The position numbers and the translations under genes are program-made. From Octopus sinensis (lineage: Eukaryota): a stretch of DNA of 64,000 nt. The stretch spans positions 113,522,001 to 113,586,000 of the forward strand of contig NC_043001.1 in assembly GCF_006345805.1 (NCBI RefSeq), given 5' to 3'. The notes below the pieces were generated by a model. The model saw only the letters and a program-made list of their open reading frames with translations. It was not told the origin of the DNA and did not search any database. Positions 10,566 to 23,902 of the stretch are shown piece after piece. The first letter of the stretch is position 1; every line of letters starts with the position of its first letter.

Positions 10566-12518
10566 AAACTGAGAATGTGTGTGTGGTGCTGTCTGTATGT
10601 TTGTGTGTTTCCCTAAAACTTGAGAACTACACTACCTATTTCATTCAAATTTTACACATGCCTTACTTAGGGTCCGGGGAGTGTCATCGGCAAAATTTTT
10701 TTAACTCTTTGCCTAGGGCGAGCCCACAGCAATATCATATCTTCTCCACTACGATTCCCTAAAACTTAAGAACTACACAACCAATTTCATTCAAATTTTA
10801 CACATGCCTTACTTAGGGTCCATGTAGTTTCATGGGCAAAAACAATGTTCAACTTCTTGCCTAGGGCGAGCCCATAGCAATATCATATCTTCTCCACTAT
10901 TTCAGTATTACGTGTTAAATGTGAAACAGAAACATTTCTCTATTTTATGTCAGATACTTTCACGTTAACAATAAAAATTAGAGATAATAATAACAATTGA
11001 ATTATATGCAGTAAGTAATAATTAAAATCAAACTAAAGTATAATATAATCGTAACATAACAAAAGTAAAAATAGCAATTGGTATAAAATTGCATCAATGA
11101 CTTGAACTTGAATAAGTGGTTTCACATGAATGGGAGTAAATTGAAAATGAAATTAGCGTACAGAAATGGAATAGTCCAGATGGAGCTGTGCACATACCAT
11201 TTACCACGGCTTTTACATTAGATTATCTGCTAATTATATTTCTTTCCTACCCACGAGGGGCTAAACACAGAGGGGACAAACAAGGACAGACAAACGGATT
11301 AAGTCGATTACATTGACCCCAGTGGTACTTAATTTATCGACCCCGAAATGATGAAAGGCAAAGTCAACCTCGACGGAATTCGAACCCAGAACGTAACGTC
11401 AGATGAAATACAGCTACGCATTTCGCCCGGCGTGCTAACGTTTCTGCCAGCTCGCTAATTAGCTAGCATTAAGTATCTATGTGAAGTTTGGCTGTATGCA
11501 ATGTCTGTTTTCTCGAACAGCCGCTTCTATTGAATACTGCTGTTGGTTTATTTCTTATACATAAAGGACTATAGCCTCAACTGCGTACTGCTTTTTGATT
11601 CACCGTATGGTTTGGTTGTTATTATTATTATTACTGTGTAATTATTGTTATCACGTCTGTTGGTTCCTCGTAAGGAAACGTTGTTGTGTTGCATTTGTTA
11701 AATAATTGTAAACCGTAACCCTCCCCTTTTGGGAGAAGGAGCTTTGGTTATTGTTTAAAAATTGAATTGTGTCCCTGTTTGGGGAAATTGACAATATTTT
11801 CACCGTTTATACGGAAGCATTTTTGTCAGAATGCCTTCGATAGAAGAAAGTCCAAAAATGAATTTCGCTGCAGCCGTCGGCGGGCGCGAACTCATTGGAA
11901 TTAAAATGGAAGAAATACGGATTCATCACTGACAAAGACGGTGAATCTAGGATAACAACACCAAACGAAATAAAAAATTAAATTAAAGAAAAGACTATTG
12001 TCTATAAAGTATGCAATGTAGAAGATTTGAACACATGGAGGAAAGCACCTTCGAAAAGTGTCTTGGTGCGACTATGAAAGGTATATAATCAGAGGCAGTA
12101 AATTCGCCACAATAGAAGCAAGGTTCGAGTCAACGGAGCGTGCAAGGGAGTACTCGACTCGAACCTTGCAAAGTGGAAATATTTTTTTACCTTTATATCT
12201 GGGACGTAGGACGTCCCGGAAAAAAAATTTTAAATGCCCCCCCCCCAAAAAAGTAGAGGTAGGCTGGATTGTAGCCACACTTCTATACAAGAGGGAGGAC
12301 AAGATACAATTGATCGAAATTGCAAGAGACGGGCCTACAATTCCAGTCTGTTATATATTCTGAGTATTGTTATCACTAGCGATATCAAGATATAACTTTG
12401 TATTTTGTATTTTGTATGTAGATGTATATATATAGATGTACATGTAATATGTGCACATATATACACATATGTACATGCACTAGCACTATGACCCGCCGTT
12501 GCCGGGTCATAATGGTAG
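10560..12518 (+). mobile_element. Second Helitron copy with a 5' internal duplication and a ~785-bp insert
   Basis: Collinear with 9223-10241; ends in hairpin TATGACCCG..CGGGTCATA plus GTAG (variant of CTAG); homology is interrupted from 11185 to ~11968. Confidence 0.85.
11237..11455 (-). mobile_element. SINE family C
   Basis: Reverse strand GCGAGCTGGCAGAAACGTTAGCAC, B-box-like GGGTTCGAATTCC, GGGGTCGATAAATTAAGTACC; GCTAATTA direct repeats on both flanks. Confidence 0.9.
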
Positions 12519-12535
12519 TATATATATATATATAT

Positions 12536-12767
12536 AGGGTTGGCCACAAGTCACCTGATAGTAAATCAAAATTCCATAAATACTATCTGTAATTCTGTAT
12601 TGACTCGAATGGAAGAATGTGTAGCGCAAATAGGATTTCAGTTTGAACAATTTTCAAGATGTTTCATACTTAGAAGCTTTTGTTAAATTCATTCAGTTGT
12701 TAAACATAAATAAATTTTGGAATTAAATGGTTTTGATTTACTGTCAGGTGACTTTTGGCCAACCAAG
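12536..12767. mobile_element. Tc1/mariner-type MITE (deletion derivative)
   Basis: ~35-bp imperfect terminal inverted repeats GGTTGGCCA(C/A)AAGTCACCTGA(T/C)AGTAAATCAAAA, flanked by TA; internal ACTCGAATGGAAGAATGTGTAGCG resembles a transposase C-terminus (TRMEECVAQ). Confidence 0.8.
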
Positions 12768-13176
12768 TATATATACATATATATATGTGTGTGTGTGTGT
12801 GTGTATGCATGTGTTTGTGTGTGTATGTGTGTGTATGTGTGTGTGTATTTGTGTGTTTGTGTGTGTGTTTGTGTGTATGTATGTATGTATGTATGTATGT
12901 ATGTATGTATGCGTGTATGTATGTATACGTGCATTCGTTTCCAGAATTTCAGCTTATAGATTATAAATTTAATACTTTAATATTATAAATATCCAACGAA
13001 TTTTTGTAATTCTAATCCGTTGAGCATAGAAACTTTATTTCTTTACATCCAATTAGAATATACACGTGATGTCTCTGGGCGATAAAAACGAAAGGAAGAA
13101 AGTACGTATTACAGACTGGAATTGTGTTCTTCGAATACTAGTGTCTCTGGTGTATACTCTTTCTACTGCTAATAAC

Positions 13177-13389
13177 CCTTTCTTCTAGAGGCACAAGGAC
13201 TGAAATTTAGGGTGTCGGGTTCTAGTCAATTACATCGACCCCAGTGTCTCACTGCTACTTAATTTATTGACCCAGAAAGGATGAAAGGCAAAGCTAACCT
13301 CGGCGGAATTTGAACTCAGAACGTTAAGACAGCCGAAATGCCGCAAACATCTTGCTCGGCGTGCTAACATTCCTGCTAGCTCGCCGCCT
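13177..13389 (-). mobile_element. SINE family C
   Basis: Homologous to the other family C copies. Confidence 0.85.
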
Positions 13390-13842
13390 GTTTTTTCTAC
13401 TACTAATAATATCAAACAAACATGTTATAAAGAATTGTCCGTTTCATAGCCACATTGGTTTGAATCACATTGAGCGGTACCTTGAGTAAAATATTTTCTC
13501 AAGCTACTTGTAAACGATTCAAAATTTTGAGTGAAATTAGTTAACAGGTATTTGTGCAAAATACAAAGGATATGTGTACGTATGCATAGGATACATATGA
13601 AAAACACTAGATTCAGCTTATAGACCCCGCCACCAACGTAGTTGCTCCATTGTGTATACCAAACGTTTTCTTATATTTGCTCCATATATCATAACCTGTA
13701 ATATTGTTAAGTGCATTAGTAACCACACCACAGTACTGGAAGTAAGTGAAGCGTAAGATGGAAAAAAAAAACCCCAGAAAATTTCACCTACGGAAGTTGA
13801 ACCCCGCATCTGCCTATACAGTTTGACTGTGACAACGTTATA

Positions 13843-14077
13843 CCTATTTCTTTATTACCCACTAGGGTCTAAACACAGAGGGGACAAACAAGGACAGACA
13901 TAGGTATTAAGTCGATTATATCGACTGCAGTGCGTAACTGGTACTTAATTTATCGACCCCGAAAGGATGAAAGGCAAAGTCGACCTCAGCAGAATTTGAA
14001 CTCAGAACGTAACGACAGACGAAATACCGCTAAGCATTTCGCCCGGCGCGCTAACGATTCTGCCAGCTCACCGCCTT
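13843..14077 (-). mobile_element. SINE family C, full length
   Basis: Complete head and tail; GTTATACC direct repeats on both flanks. Confidence 0.9.
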
Positions 14078-14798
14078 GTTATACCAAAAACACTCGCTCT
14101 TCCTTCTATCTATTCCCAATTGAATCTAGCATGTGTTATGGGCCAGCTACTATTGTTTATCTTCATTAGTATCGCTCAAAGCTAGAATGTTTGATTACCT
14201 GTGTGTGAGAGTATATTAGCGTGAGATGGCAAGAGAGTTTCGACAATATAAAATAATTTGCGGTGGTATGATAATACTTCTCAGTTACTTCACTTGTTGG
14301 ACGTTCTTTAATGTTACTGCCAGACCTCCGTCCTCAAAGAATAGGTGTTTCTAACATACGCCGAATGACTTAAATTTGGTGGAAGTGGGTGTCACTGGAA
14401 TATGTTGACTCCAATCATCACTGGTAGTTTATGTGATCGACTTTTGAAAAGATTATAAGCAAAGCTGACATCGGTAGTATTTGAAACCAAAATTTAAAAG
14501 AGATATTTCAACCGGAGAAAATGCTGCGGGAATTTTAAACTAACATTGTAAGTATTCTGCCAACTCATCGCCATAATCTCTGCAATAATTGTAATAATTT
14601 CTAACAGAAGCCAGAAATATATAGAAAGCATTTACAATCTATAATACTTATTTAACTATTTATCCTGCGTGAATTAAATATTTTGGCAATGAAACTAGCG
14701 GTGATCTGGTGGGTAGTGTACACATATTATGTATATGTTTGTATGTAAGTATGTATCTATGTATGTGTGTATGTATCTTTCCCCCCTCTCTCCCCCCC

Positions 14799-14835
<37 letters not shown>

Positions 14836-14989
14836 AAGGTAAAATCCATTCCTTAACTTTTGGATTATATATATATATATGTATGTGTGTATGTATGTGT
14901 GTATGTTTGTGTATGTGTGATCTTTCTTTCTTTCCTTTATGCATTTCAGCTGAAAGAATGTGCCCACGTTGGAGCATCGCCAGTATTAT

Positions 14990-16930
14990 CACCTTTTCAA
15001 TGACCACTCTTTTATGATTGACTTTTGCCTAAAGAAGGAGTTTGTATAGCTCCCCTCTTTTGAATTTCTTACTGTAGGTTCGTCTGGGATCCTGGAGAGC
15101 AGGAGTTCAAACATCTGCCCCTACTCCATGTAGATCTCTCAGACGTTTTGGCACGATATTAAACAGCTATTGCATTTCATGGTCCCAACTCTAGATAGGA
15201 TGAAGGAAACCTTTGGAATAGTGCAGTAACTTCCACTTCGGGATCTAGTATAGCTCTCGTTACCAAAGTATGGTGTCCACACCTGTTGGATCCATATGTA
15301 TACCACTGCATATCTCTCCCGTCCCTCCCAGTGGCTCGACTGTTCCATTGATGCAATCTTCTTGGTGTAGCACTGCTGAACGACGTCAGGTTCCGTATTA
15401 ATTTGACATTGTATAGAGACCATAGTTGAGAGCAGTAATTAAGACTGCTGAAGTCAAATGTCCTCCATAGATCCGTATAGTTTCCTTCCCCGTTGTTTTA
15501 AAAGGTCTCCGAATCCATCTGGTCAATCTCCTGTGTGTCATCACCGTCTTAGTGATATGTACTCGAAAGGAACCCTTGTTACGCACACCAATCCCCAGAT
15601 CATGCACTGTACTTGACACTGAGATCACCGCACTTTTTGTACCAAAATATCTTTGTTTGCGGCACCTTAGCACAAGCTGCCTGAGAGCTTGGAATTTTCC
15701 TACAATAAATTGCATGTAGTTTTCTTCAGCCCATTTATATATGGTATCTATTGAATAGTTCTTTCTACTGGAGACTAGAATCAAAAGGTACTTTGATGCT
15801 TGTGCTACTTTTGTATCGTCGGCGAAGCGAGTAAGGGTGTTGTCTGGATAAGTGATGGCATGTCCAAGAGAGCCATCATAAACTGCAGTAACCCCAGTAC
15901 AATTCCCTGCGGTGTTCCACTCAGTATTACTGTGACTTTGTAGAGGTCCATTGGCTACCACAGCGTGGCTTCTATCTTTTAAGATATCATTTCACCTCTC
16001 TCTCCGTTTTCTTTTTCCTATGGTGAACCTCCATGGCTTGTGATATATCATTCCGTGATGAACCTATAAAAGGTATTTACAAAATTGAGATATATCACAT
16101 CCACGTTTGAATGATTCATCAGTTGTTTCAACACACGGTCTGCAGAAACTGTGTAAGGCAGCTTCCTCCTAAGTGGAAGTCATGTAGAATGTTAAGGAGT
16201 AAATCATTATCTTCTAGGAATGCCACCAGATTTCTGTTGATAATACGTCCCATACCTTTGCCGACATGTGAGGTTAGAGAGACAGGCATTTAACTTTTAG
16301 CGTCTTCTCTGCTGCTTCCTTTATGGATAGGACACATTATACCTTCCTGTAACTTTCTGGGAAGTCTTTTCCTTGGAAGGAAGCATTCGAAGAGGATCTG
16401 CAGTAGTCTTGCTAGAGCCCTTCAGCATTTCTTTCGGAAGATTTTTGGGAATCCATCATGTCCTGTGACTGAGTATAAACTTATTTCATCTCTGGCTGAT
16501 ATTGCATCTATTTCCATAATTGTCATTTCTTTGTGTAGAGCTATGTTGCCGAAGAACTCATCAGGCAGAGTTGTGAATACACTTTTGTATTCCCCATTCA
16601 GTATTTCATTTATCGTATGTGTGGTTTTGTAATAAGTGGGACATTTTCTTCGAACGGTGGCCCTATCTTTTACCGCACTGAATCAGACCCTCTTGCAAAT
16701 CTAAAGTTGGCCTTACGACTTGTCTTTATATCTTTTACAGCTCTGGCTTCATTTTCTTTCATAATTGCAATGTTTGAGTTCACTTTCTGTATCAACCAGT
16801 GTTTGTTTGAGGTAGAATTCTTCACAAACTTTTAGAGGACCATTTAGAATATTTAAGATCATTGCTCGTCATCTCAAAAGAATCTTCCTATCCCTGAGAA
16901 ATTATGCTTTTCTGCCGGTTTGGCATTGCT
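14990..16930 (-). pseudogene. Decayed CR1-clade LINE ORF2 (reverse transcriptase) remnant
   Basis: Minus-strand peptides PVSLTSHVGKGMGRII, RFADDTK, KWAEENYMQF..GKFQAL and a C-terminal IPDEP; many stops and frameshifts. Confidence 0.85.
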
Positions 16931-18599
16931 TCTGGAGCAAACTTACTGCATATGTCATACATGATTGTCATAAAGCATTACAGTACCTTGCAATAGTAGC
17001 AATTCAATAATGTAAACATTATTAGTATCATATACTCATCGTGCGTGTGTTGTTTAAACGCCAAGAGCTGCTTTTTTCCGTCCCAAAAAGATCTATTTAA
17101 AAACTTATAGTATTTACACATCTTGTATATACTTCAAACTAGGAAGATCGAATTCGTTTCGAAGCTGAGGTCAGACCCCGGCATTGAGAAACAGTAAAAA
17201 CTGCCAAATACTGGTGTCTGCTTCTCTCGTTTCTACTTGTACAACGATTTTTAAAACTATACATTTTTAAAGGGCTCTTTTCCGGGATAAAAACCGCAGC
17301 TTCTAGCGTTTAAACAACACAAATGCGTCAAGTATATAGTTATACATACATGTATACATACATACATACGTAATTACATTCACACACACGCATATATATA
17401 TACATATGTGTATGTGTGTGTAAACGTATATGTATGTATATGTATGCATATATATATGTATATGTATATATACGCATGTATATGCATATATATGTATATA
17501 TATGCATATATGCATATATGTATATATAGATATATATGTGTGTATGTATGCATATATATGTATATATATGTATGTATATATATATATAAGTCACAATATA
17601 TTTGTCTGTCATTTATGACTTTATAGATTATAGATCTATATATGTATATATATATGTATATGTATGTAGATATGCATGTATGCGTACATATCGCATATAC
17701 ATATATTATGTTTATGGATGCGTGTGTGTATAGGTATGTACATAAATACATATATGCATGCATTTATTGGCTTAGTCATTCTGTTTACGTGTTTTTCTTA
17801 TTTTTATATATATATATTTTTTTTCATTCATCCATTTATTCATTCTCACTTCAATATTTCTCTCTTTTTGATGCTGAAGCTTCTGGATAAGTAACAACGT
17901 GTCGATTACTCTATCCGCTCTCCCCACTAGAGAGACGTTCGGACATTAATTGGTGCTATGAATGATATATTGCTGATTGGCATAATGTCCGTAGCATTAA
18001 CCTTTGCCAGATAACTGCCCACCAAGCTAAATCGAACACCACGTTAGTAGCAATTACACCGCAACATCGATCATTAGTAATATCGATTAGGTTTTTTCTT
18101 ATTTCATCTTTAGCTCTCTTGCCTTGATCTAACTTTGCTTCAAGCCTATGTTTAGGTCAAGTCTTAATCAGAAACTTCTCTCGTTTCCCGCCAAAGTGCC
18201 AAAAGAAGAGAACAGTAATTGGCCTATATAAATGTAAGCGAATTTCACAACAGATTTAAATGAGTACCTTCACGGACACACACTCACTCACACACCAGCA
18301 CACACACAAGCACACACATACTGGCGCATACAGAGAAACACACACACACAGAAACACCCACACGTACCAACAAATACAAATGCATGATAGCATAAACCCA
18401 CTCATACGATAATGATATTTTCCTGTTATGTGGAAGATCTGTAGGGATGAGAAGTTTCTTTCCACCTACGCACACTGCGGAGGTTTAACATGAAGATCAG
18501 CTGAATAAAGCTATCATTTCATGCATGTATGCTAATAAGAATGATGAATGTACGTGTACGTAAATTATATTTGTATGTATATATAAGCATATATACATG

Positions 18600-18707
18600 T
18601 TTGTATGTATGTATGTATGTATGTATGTATGTATGTATGTATGTATGTATGTATGTATGTATGTATGAATGTATGTATGTATGAATGTATGTATGTATGA
18701 ATGTATG

Positions 18708-18778
<71 letters not shown>
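18600..18778. repeat. Compound (ATGT)n-(ATCT)n microsatellite
   Basis: Visible directly. Confidence 0.95.
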
Positions 18779-18803
18779 ATGTGTTCTGTGTACGTATAAA
18801 CAG

Positions 18804-18950
18804 ATGCAAGCATGCCTGTGCAGTAACAAGATTGGTTCCCAGCCCCATGGCTCCGGGTTCAGACCCACTGCATGTTACCTTGGGCAAATATCTTCTAGTA
18901 TAACCTGTGGTCAACCAAAACCTAGTGAAGGAATTTGGTAGATGGAAACA
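18804..18950 (+). mobile_element. SINE family A, degenerate 5' half
   Basis: CCTTGGGCAAAT and GGAATTTGGTAGATGGAAAC motifs. Confidence 0.75.
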
Positions 18951-19228
18951 CACACGCACACATACATGTGTGTGTATTTGTACTATATATATATAATCAA
19001 AATAAGCAACAAGAATAACATCGGTAATTTGGTACGATCGTTTCACGCTACATCATTTTATTAACTGTTGTAAGTATTACAACAGTTTTAAAATGCTGAG
19101 CACTCATCAGCCATTAATAGAGGTTTTCCATTAATACATAATTTTCATATCAATTGATAACATTATACAAAATTCTGGTGCATCTAACTTAAGTACCATA
19201 TTCATTTGAATCTAAATTTTGCTGAACT

Positions 19229-19278
<50 letters not shown>

Positions 19279-19342
19279 TATATAAGTATATGAATATACA
19301 TAGTGTGTATATATATATGTGTATATATATACATATATTCAC

Positions 19343-19374
<32 letters not shown>

Positions 19375-19749
19375 GCACACATATGATGAACAATAATGAT
19401 AGAGAAGCATCTGCAAGAAAATAACGTTCTGCTGCATGATATTATACTGCCGAAAGCAGAATAGTATATATATTATATATTATTTTCCTAACAAAGGCTG
19501 AATATAACTAATTACTCGTTTGAATTTTAAAAATCTGAAAATATTAGGGAAGAGAAAACAACTCTAATAACGTCAATTAATAGTAATTTTGAAAATTTTA
19601 GGTAAATACAACATTAAGGTGGTTCTTACTCTTGCCGACTGAGTAGAAGATAATTCTCTGAGGAAAAATTAAACCAGAACCCCCCCCCCCCAAAAAAAAA
19701 ACCCGGATACTTAATCAGTTAGCTTAAAAGCAAGATCTATAGCACTATC

Positions 19750-20130
19750 TATTGTCTTACTTGTTTTCGTCATTAGACTACGGCTATGCTGGAGCATCGT
19801 CTTCAAGTTTCAGTCGAACGAATCAACATCAGTACTTATTTGTTAACGCCTGGTACTTCATGAGTCTCTTTTGCTGAACCGTTAAGTTATGAGGACGCAA
19901 ATACATCAACACCGGTTGTTGAGCGGTGGCGGATGGACAAACAGAAACAAAGACACACATATATACATATAAATACATATATACATACGACTAGCTTCTT
20001 TCAGTTTCTGTCTACCAAATCCACTCAGTAGGCTTTTGTCGGCAGACACTTGCTCAAGATGCCACCCAGTGGGATTGAACCCTTGACTATATGGTTGGGA
20101 AGCGAACTTCTTACCACACAACCATGCCTA
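19750..20130 (-). mobile_element. SINE family A, degenerate
   Basis: Homologous head, body and tail. Confidence 0.8.
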
Positions 20131-21081
20131 CGAGTACTCTATTTTCTCTACTACTACATCAGCCGAAATTTAAATTAATCGATGTTAGCTTTCTGTTTAT
20201 AAATATTAAACATTCGTAGAGGGAATTTTTGTTGACTAATTGCATGGATAATCTCAGTGAATTGAAATAATTTCAACATACAGTATTGCATATTACAAAT
20301 ACAATCCAATGCGTATTTCGTATACAGAACACTCCCTTCACGCATTGTCATTAGTCATATCATTCATATAATTAAAGTAGTATACTTTTCTTCTTTGACC
20401 CTTTCTTCCGTCTCTCTCTTTACACATATCACAGTACAACCTCCTCATTTTTTTTAGCTTCTCTCATTTTCTATTTCTGTCGTCCAAAATTCGTCTTCAC
20501 TGCAATAAATATTTCTGTCTTACTAACACTTCTATGTTTTTACATTTTTTTTCATGATTTCTCTCAGTATCTTTATTAAATCTTACATTTTCCTGTTCTT
20601 TTCTCTCATATATCTTTCATGTTCCTTTCTCCCCATTTTCATCACGCGCACATTCTTTTTTATTATTAATCTGCAAAAATATCATTTTTCAGTGAAGCCA
20701 CCATCTTATCGACAGCCTGAAAGACTGAAAATATCGCAAAATCTGAAGTGAAGAACCAATATATAGTGACTGTGTTTAATCAGCAAAGAAAAGAAAAAAA
20801 AAAAAAGACAGTCCCGAAATAGAACAATATTTGTTTCAGCACCCGATTTCATATCAGGGATCGTGCAAAGCAGATATATAAACGTAACTACGTGAGCCTC
20901 GGTCAGGCTAGCAAGATGTTGAAAAACACTATATATTGTTGTCTAAAAAAGATCATCACAACGCAACTTCACTTCGGAAATTTGTGTGTCTTTTCTAAAA
21001 TTTACACTAACGAGGCCAATCCCAGCGTACAAAAACTGCAACTCACAAGGGGACAGGCTGAAAGACTAAAAATAGCGCTAA

Positions 21082-21124
<43 letters not shown>

Positions 21125-21268
21125 AAGGTGAATGAATTATCCTAGTATGGATAATTCGGCTAACCGATACCTGGGTAGCAAATTCACGTCAGAAAACACG
21201 GTTGAAGCTACATGCCAAGGGCAGAGATCACGTGCTTGCGTGAGGAAATTTGTGTGTTTTTTTTAATA

Positions 21269-21408
21269 AAATAAATGAAAGAATGGAGTTGAACGACGAT
21301 TTAACAAAATTCCTTTATTCTCGACATATGTTTCGAAGCCTTCGAAACATATGTCGAGAATAAGGAATTTTGTTAAATCGTCGTTCAACTCCATTCTTTC
21401 ATTTATTT
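21269..21408. repeat. 140-bp near-perfect palindrome with a 1-nt loop
   Basis: Arms of ~70 bp differ by a single T indel; centre GTTTCGAAG-C-CTTCGAAAC at 21339. Confidence 0.95.
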
Positions 21409-21426
21409 GTATATATATATATATTA

Positions 21427-21473
<47 letters not shown>

Positions 21474-21476
<3 letters not shown>

Positions 21477-21835
21477 TAATACCTCACCTTACGAGGACCC
21501 GCTTTACGAGATCCCGGGTTTACATGTTTTATTTTATTATAAATTTTTCAAGCACACTATCCAAATTTTGAACCAGTTCCAAAAGTTTCTGCTATTATAA
21601 CATTGCTTCTGCGTGTTACCAAGAAATTTGATGAGAGCGAAAAACACTTCTTCCATGCAATCAACTCTAGATTTCTTTTTTAACAAGAAATCAACAAGTC
21701 TGTCTACGAGTGATTCTGAATCTGCGATCGTGTCTACAAGTAATGGTGTACGCGAGTGTAGTGCGAATGAAAGTGATTCAGAAAACGATTATATCTTTTA
21801 TCATAAAAGATATTGACATTCTTTTTCATTTACAA
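21474..21835 (+). mobile_element. pogo/Tigger-like DNA transposon remnant, one end
   Basis: TA|CAGTAATACCTCACCTTACGAG resembles pogo/Tigger TIRs; downstream QSTLDFFFNKK resembles the Tigger C-terminal motif; no second TIR seen. Confidence 0.5.
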
Positions 21836-21988
21836 AGCGTGACGACGTGATCCTCAGCCAAACTGGCAAGACCCTGAAAAACACTATATTTTGTCTAAAA
21901 AAGATCATCACAACTCAAAAACTTCACTTCGTAAAACTGTGTCCCCTCCAGAATTTACCCTAACGCGGTCACTGACAGCGTGGAAAAA

Positions 21989-22046
<58 letters not shown>

Positions 22047-22066
22047 CTATCTATCTATCTATCTAT

Positions 22067-22849
22067 GCTTTCCCGCAGCTCGTCTCCATGACCGAACTGC
22101 AGTCGTGGATCAAAAAGAGGCCGAGGAAGGGCGAATGGCACCGCGAGTGTCGCGTTGCTCTCAAGCAACTCTGCCGTCATGGGTCGACCTTGAGTGACTT
22201 CAACACAACCAAAGCATTCTATAGGGGATTAGTGGAGGGGAGGTACGACGACGAGCTCGGGGCGAACCTGGACGTCGACGAGGAGTACCTGACCCGCCTG
22301 TTCAGGACGACTTTCGGGCCAGGGCCCATGGATAACTTCCAGAGATCCCTGGCCTGGCAGTGCTACCGAAAAGCGCTACCCGTTCGGGATAAGCTCTACA
22401 GACACAGCTCGAGAAACACGGGGCCGACCTGCCCGAGATGCGGTCAGAGCGACGAAACCGTTCTGCACGCACTCGTGCAGTGTCCAACAATTTCCGACCT
22501 GTGGGCTTATGTCGAACAACTGCTGTCACGTGTGGGACGAGTCGGTTTATCAGCTGAGTCTATCGTCAATATTGTCACGCCTCCTTCCTTCAAACGGGAA
22601 GGAAGAGCTATTTTCATCATCCTTGTGGCTATGGCGAAAGAATGTATCTGGTGGACGCGTCTGAAAGGATTGGAGGCAAACACTTTCCTCTCTGGTCAAT
22701 CTCTCATCAACTTCTTCAAGTACCACTTGAAAAGGAAAGTGAGAGTAGAGAGGCAAGTTTTGTCTAGCGAATGTTTTAAAATAAGATGGGTGAATGTAGC
22801 AAGGATGGCACGTATGAATGACGAAGCCACCTTGAGCATAATCCTATGA
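22067..22849 (+). CDS. Uninterrupted C-terminal part of a Tx1/L1-type ORF2 with a zf-RVT CCHC knuckle; no start codon (5'-truncated)
   Basis: W..YRKALPVRDKL...CPRCGQSDETVLHALVQCP..LW...IW..R; the N-terminal IYLS repeats in the ORF track are microsatellite. Confidence 0.8.
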   Translation, partial: AFPQLVSMTELQSWIKKRPRKGEWHRECRVALKQLCRHGSTLSDFNTTKAFYRGLVEGRYDDELGANLDVDEEYLTRLFRTTFGPGPMDNFQRSLAWQCYRKALPVRDKLYRHSSRNTGPTCPRCGQSDETVLHALVQCPTISDLWAYVEQLLSRVGRVGLSAESIVNIVTPPSFKREGRAIFIILVAMAKECIWWTRLKGLEANTFLSGQSLINFFKYHLKRKVRVERQVLSSECFKIRWVNVARMARMNDEATLSIIL

Positions 22850-23318
22850 ACCCAGAAATTGAAACGGAGGGTTACCCACTTGCAAACAAATGTGGTAACA
22901 TATAACAATATTGACCAAGGTTACCGTGGTCTTTTTCGTAGGCTTTTCTTCCCACGGATAAACCTTACTTGCTTTCCCCTTTACACCATATATCATAACA
23001 CTGTGATACACGACCCCTATTGATCGTTTTTTTTCATCTTCCCCTTTTTTTCCCCTTTTTTCTTCTTTTTTCATTTCTCTTTTCTTTTGTTCCTTTTCCT
23101 TTTCTTTTTTGTCTTTTTATTCTTTTTATTTTTTATTTTATTTATTTATTTTTTTTTTGTTCTTTTCTTCCCTTTTACGATCCCTCTTGATCGAAAACCT
23201 ACGCCACCCCCTTTTTTTGTTTTTTTTGTTTTTTTTTGTTTTTCATCCCCCAAAAGAAAAGCTCTACCTTGTAACTTGTCCCATCTGTGTGCAGCCCCGT
23301 GTGGCCAATAAAGAAACT
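22067..23318 (+). mobile_element. 5'-truncated Tx1/L1-clade LINE inserted in a (TATC)n array
   Basis: Flanked by (TATC)n at 21989-22066 and 23319-23438; ORF2 C-terminus, T-rich 3' UTR and AATAAA just before the right array. Confidence 0.8.
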
Positions 23319-23319
23319 A

Positions 23320-23389
<70 letters not shown>

Positions 23390-23391
23390 TA

Positions 23392-23438
<47 letters not shown>

Positions 23439-23559
23439 CACGCACAAACAAACATCCTTTGCTGGTTGTAGTTATTAGACTGTAGCTATGCTTGGGCACC
23501 ACCTGGAACAGTTTTAAAACCCAATATTCGTTCTTTTGGCCCTGCTGTCAAACCGAATA

Positions 23560-23832
23560 TTGTTTTCAAATTACGTTTCATTTTCCGTTTGAAAATAAAT
23601 GAAGTGCGGTACAAAGGTTCTGCCATCGTTTTTAAGTGCGTAGTGCAAAATAAAAGTGGTCAAAATCGGTCCAGAGAGGGAGAGGGGGGGTGAGATTATA
23701 AATTCTCAAAAGTTTTTATTTTCTTATGAAAAGTTTCTCCTCATGATTTTCATGGGTTTGGTGACAAACAAAAATGAAAATTCCTCGTCTACGGAGAAAA
23801 TTGCCAGGCAACGACGAGGTATCCTGCTGGTA
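23560..23832 (+). mobile_element. Degenerate Helitron-like 3' end
   Basis: GCCAGGCAACGACGAGGTATCCTGCTGGT resembles the hairpin+CTAG ends at 10212-10241. Confidence 0.4.
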
Positions 23833-23902
23833 TAGTATGTATCAATACATGAACGTGTGTATATGTATATATATGAAGAAAGAAAAAAAAACAACGCAAA
23901 TA

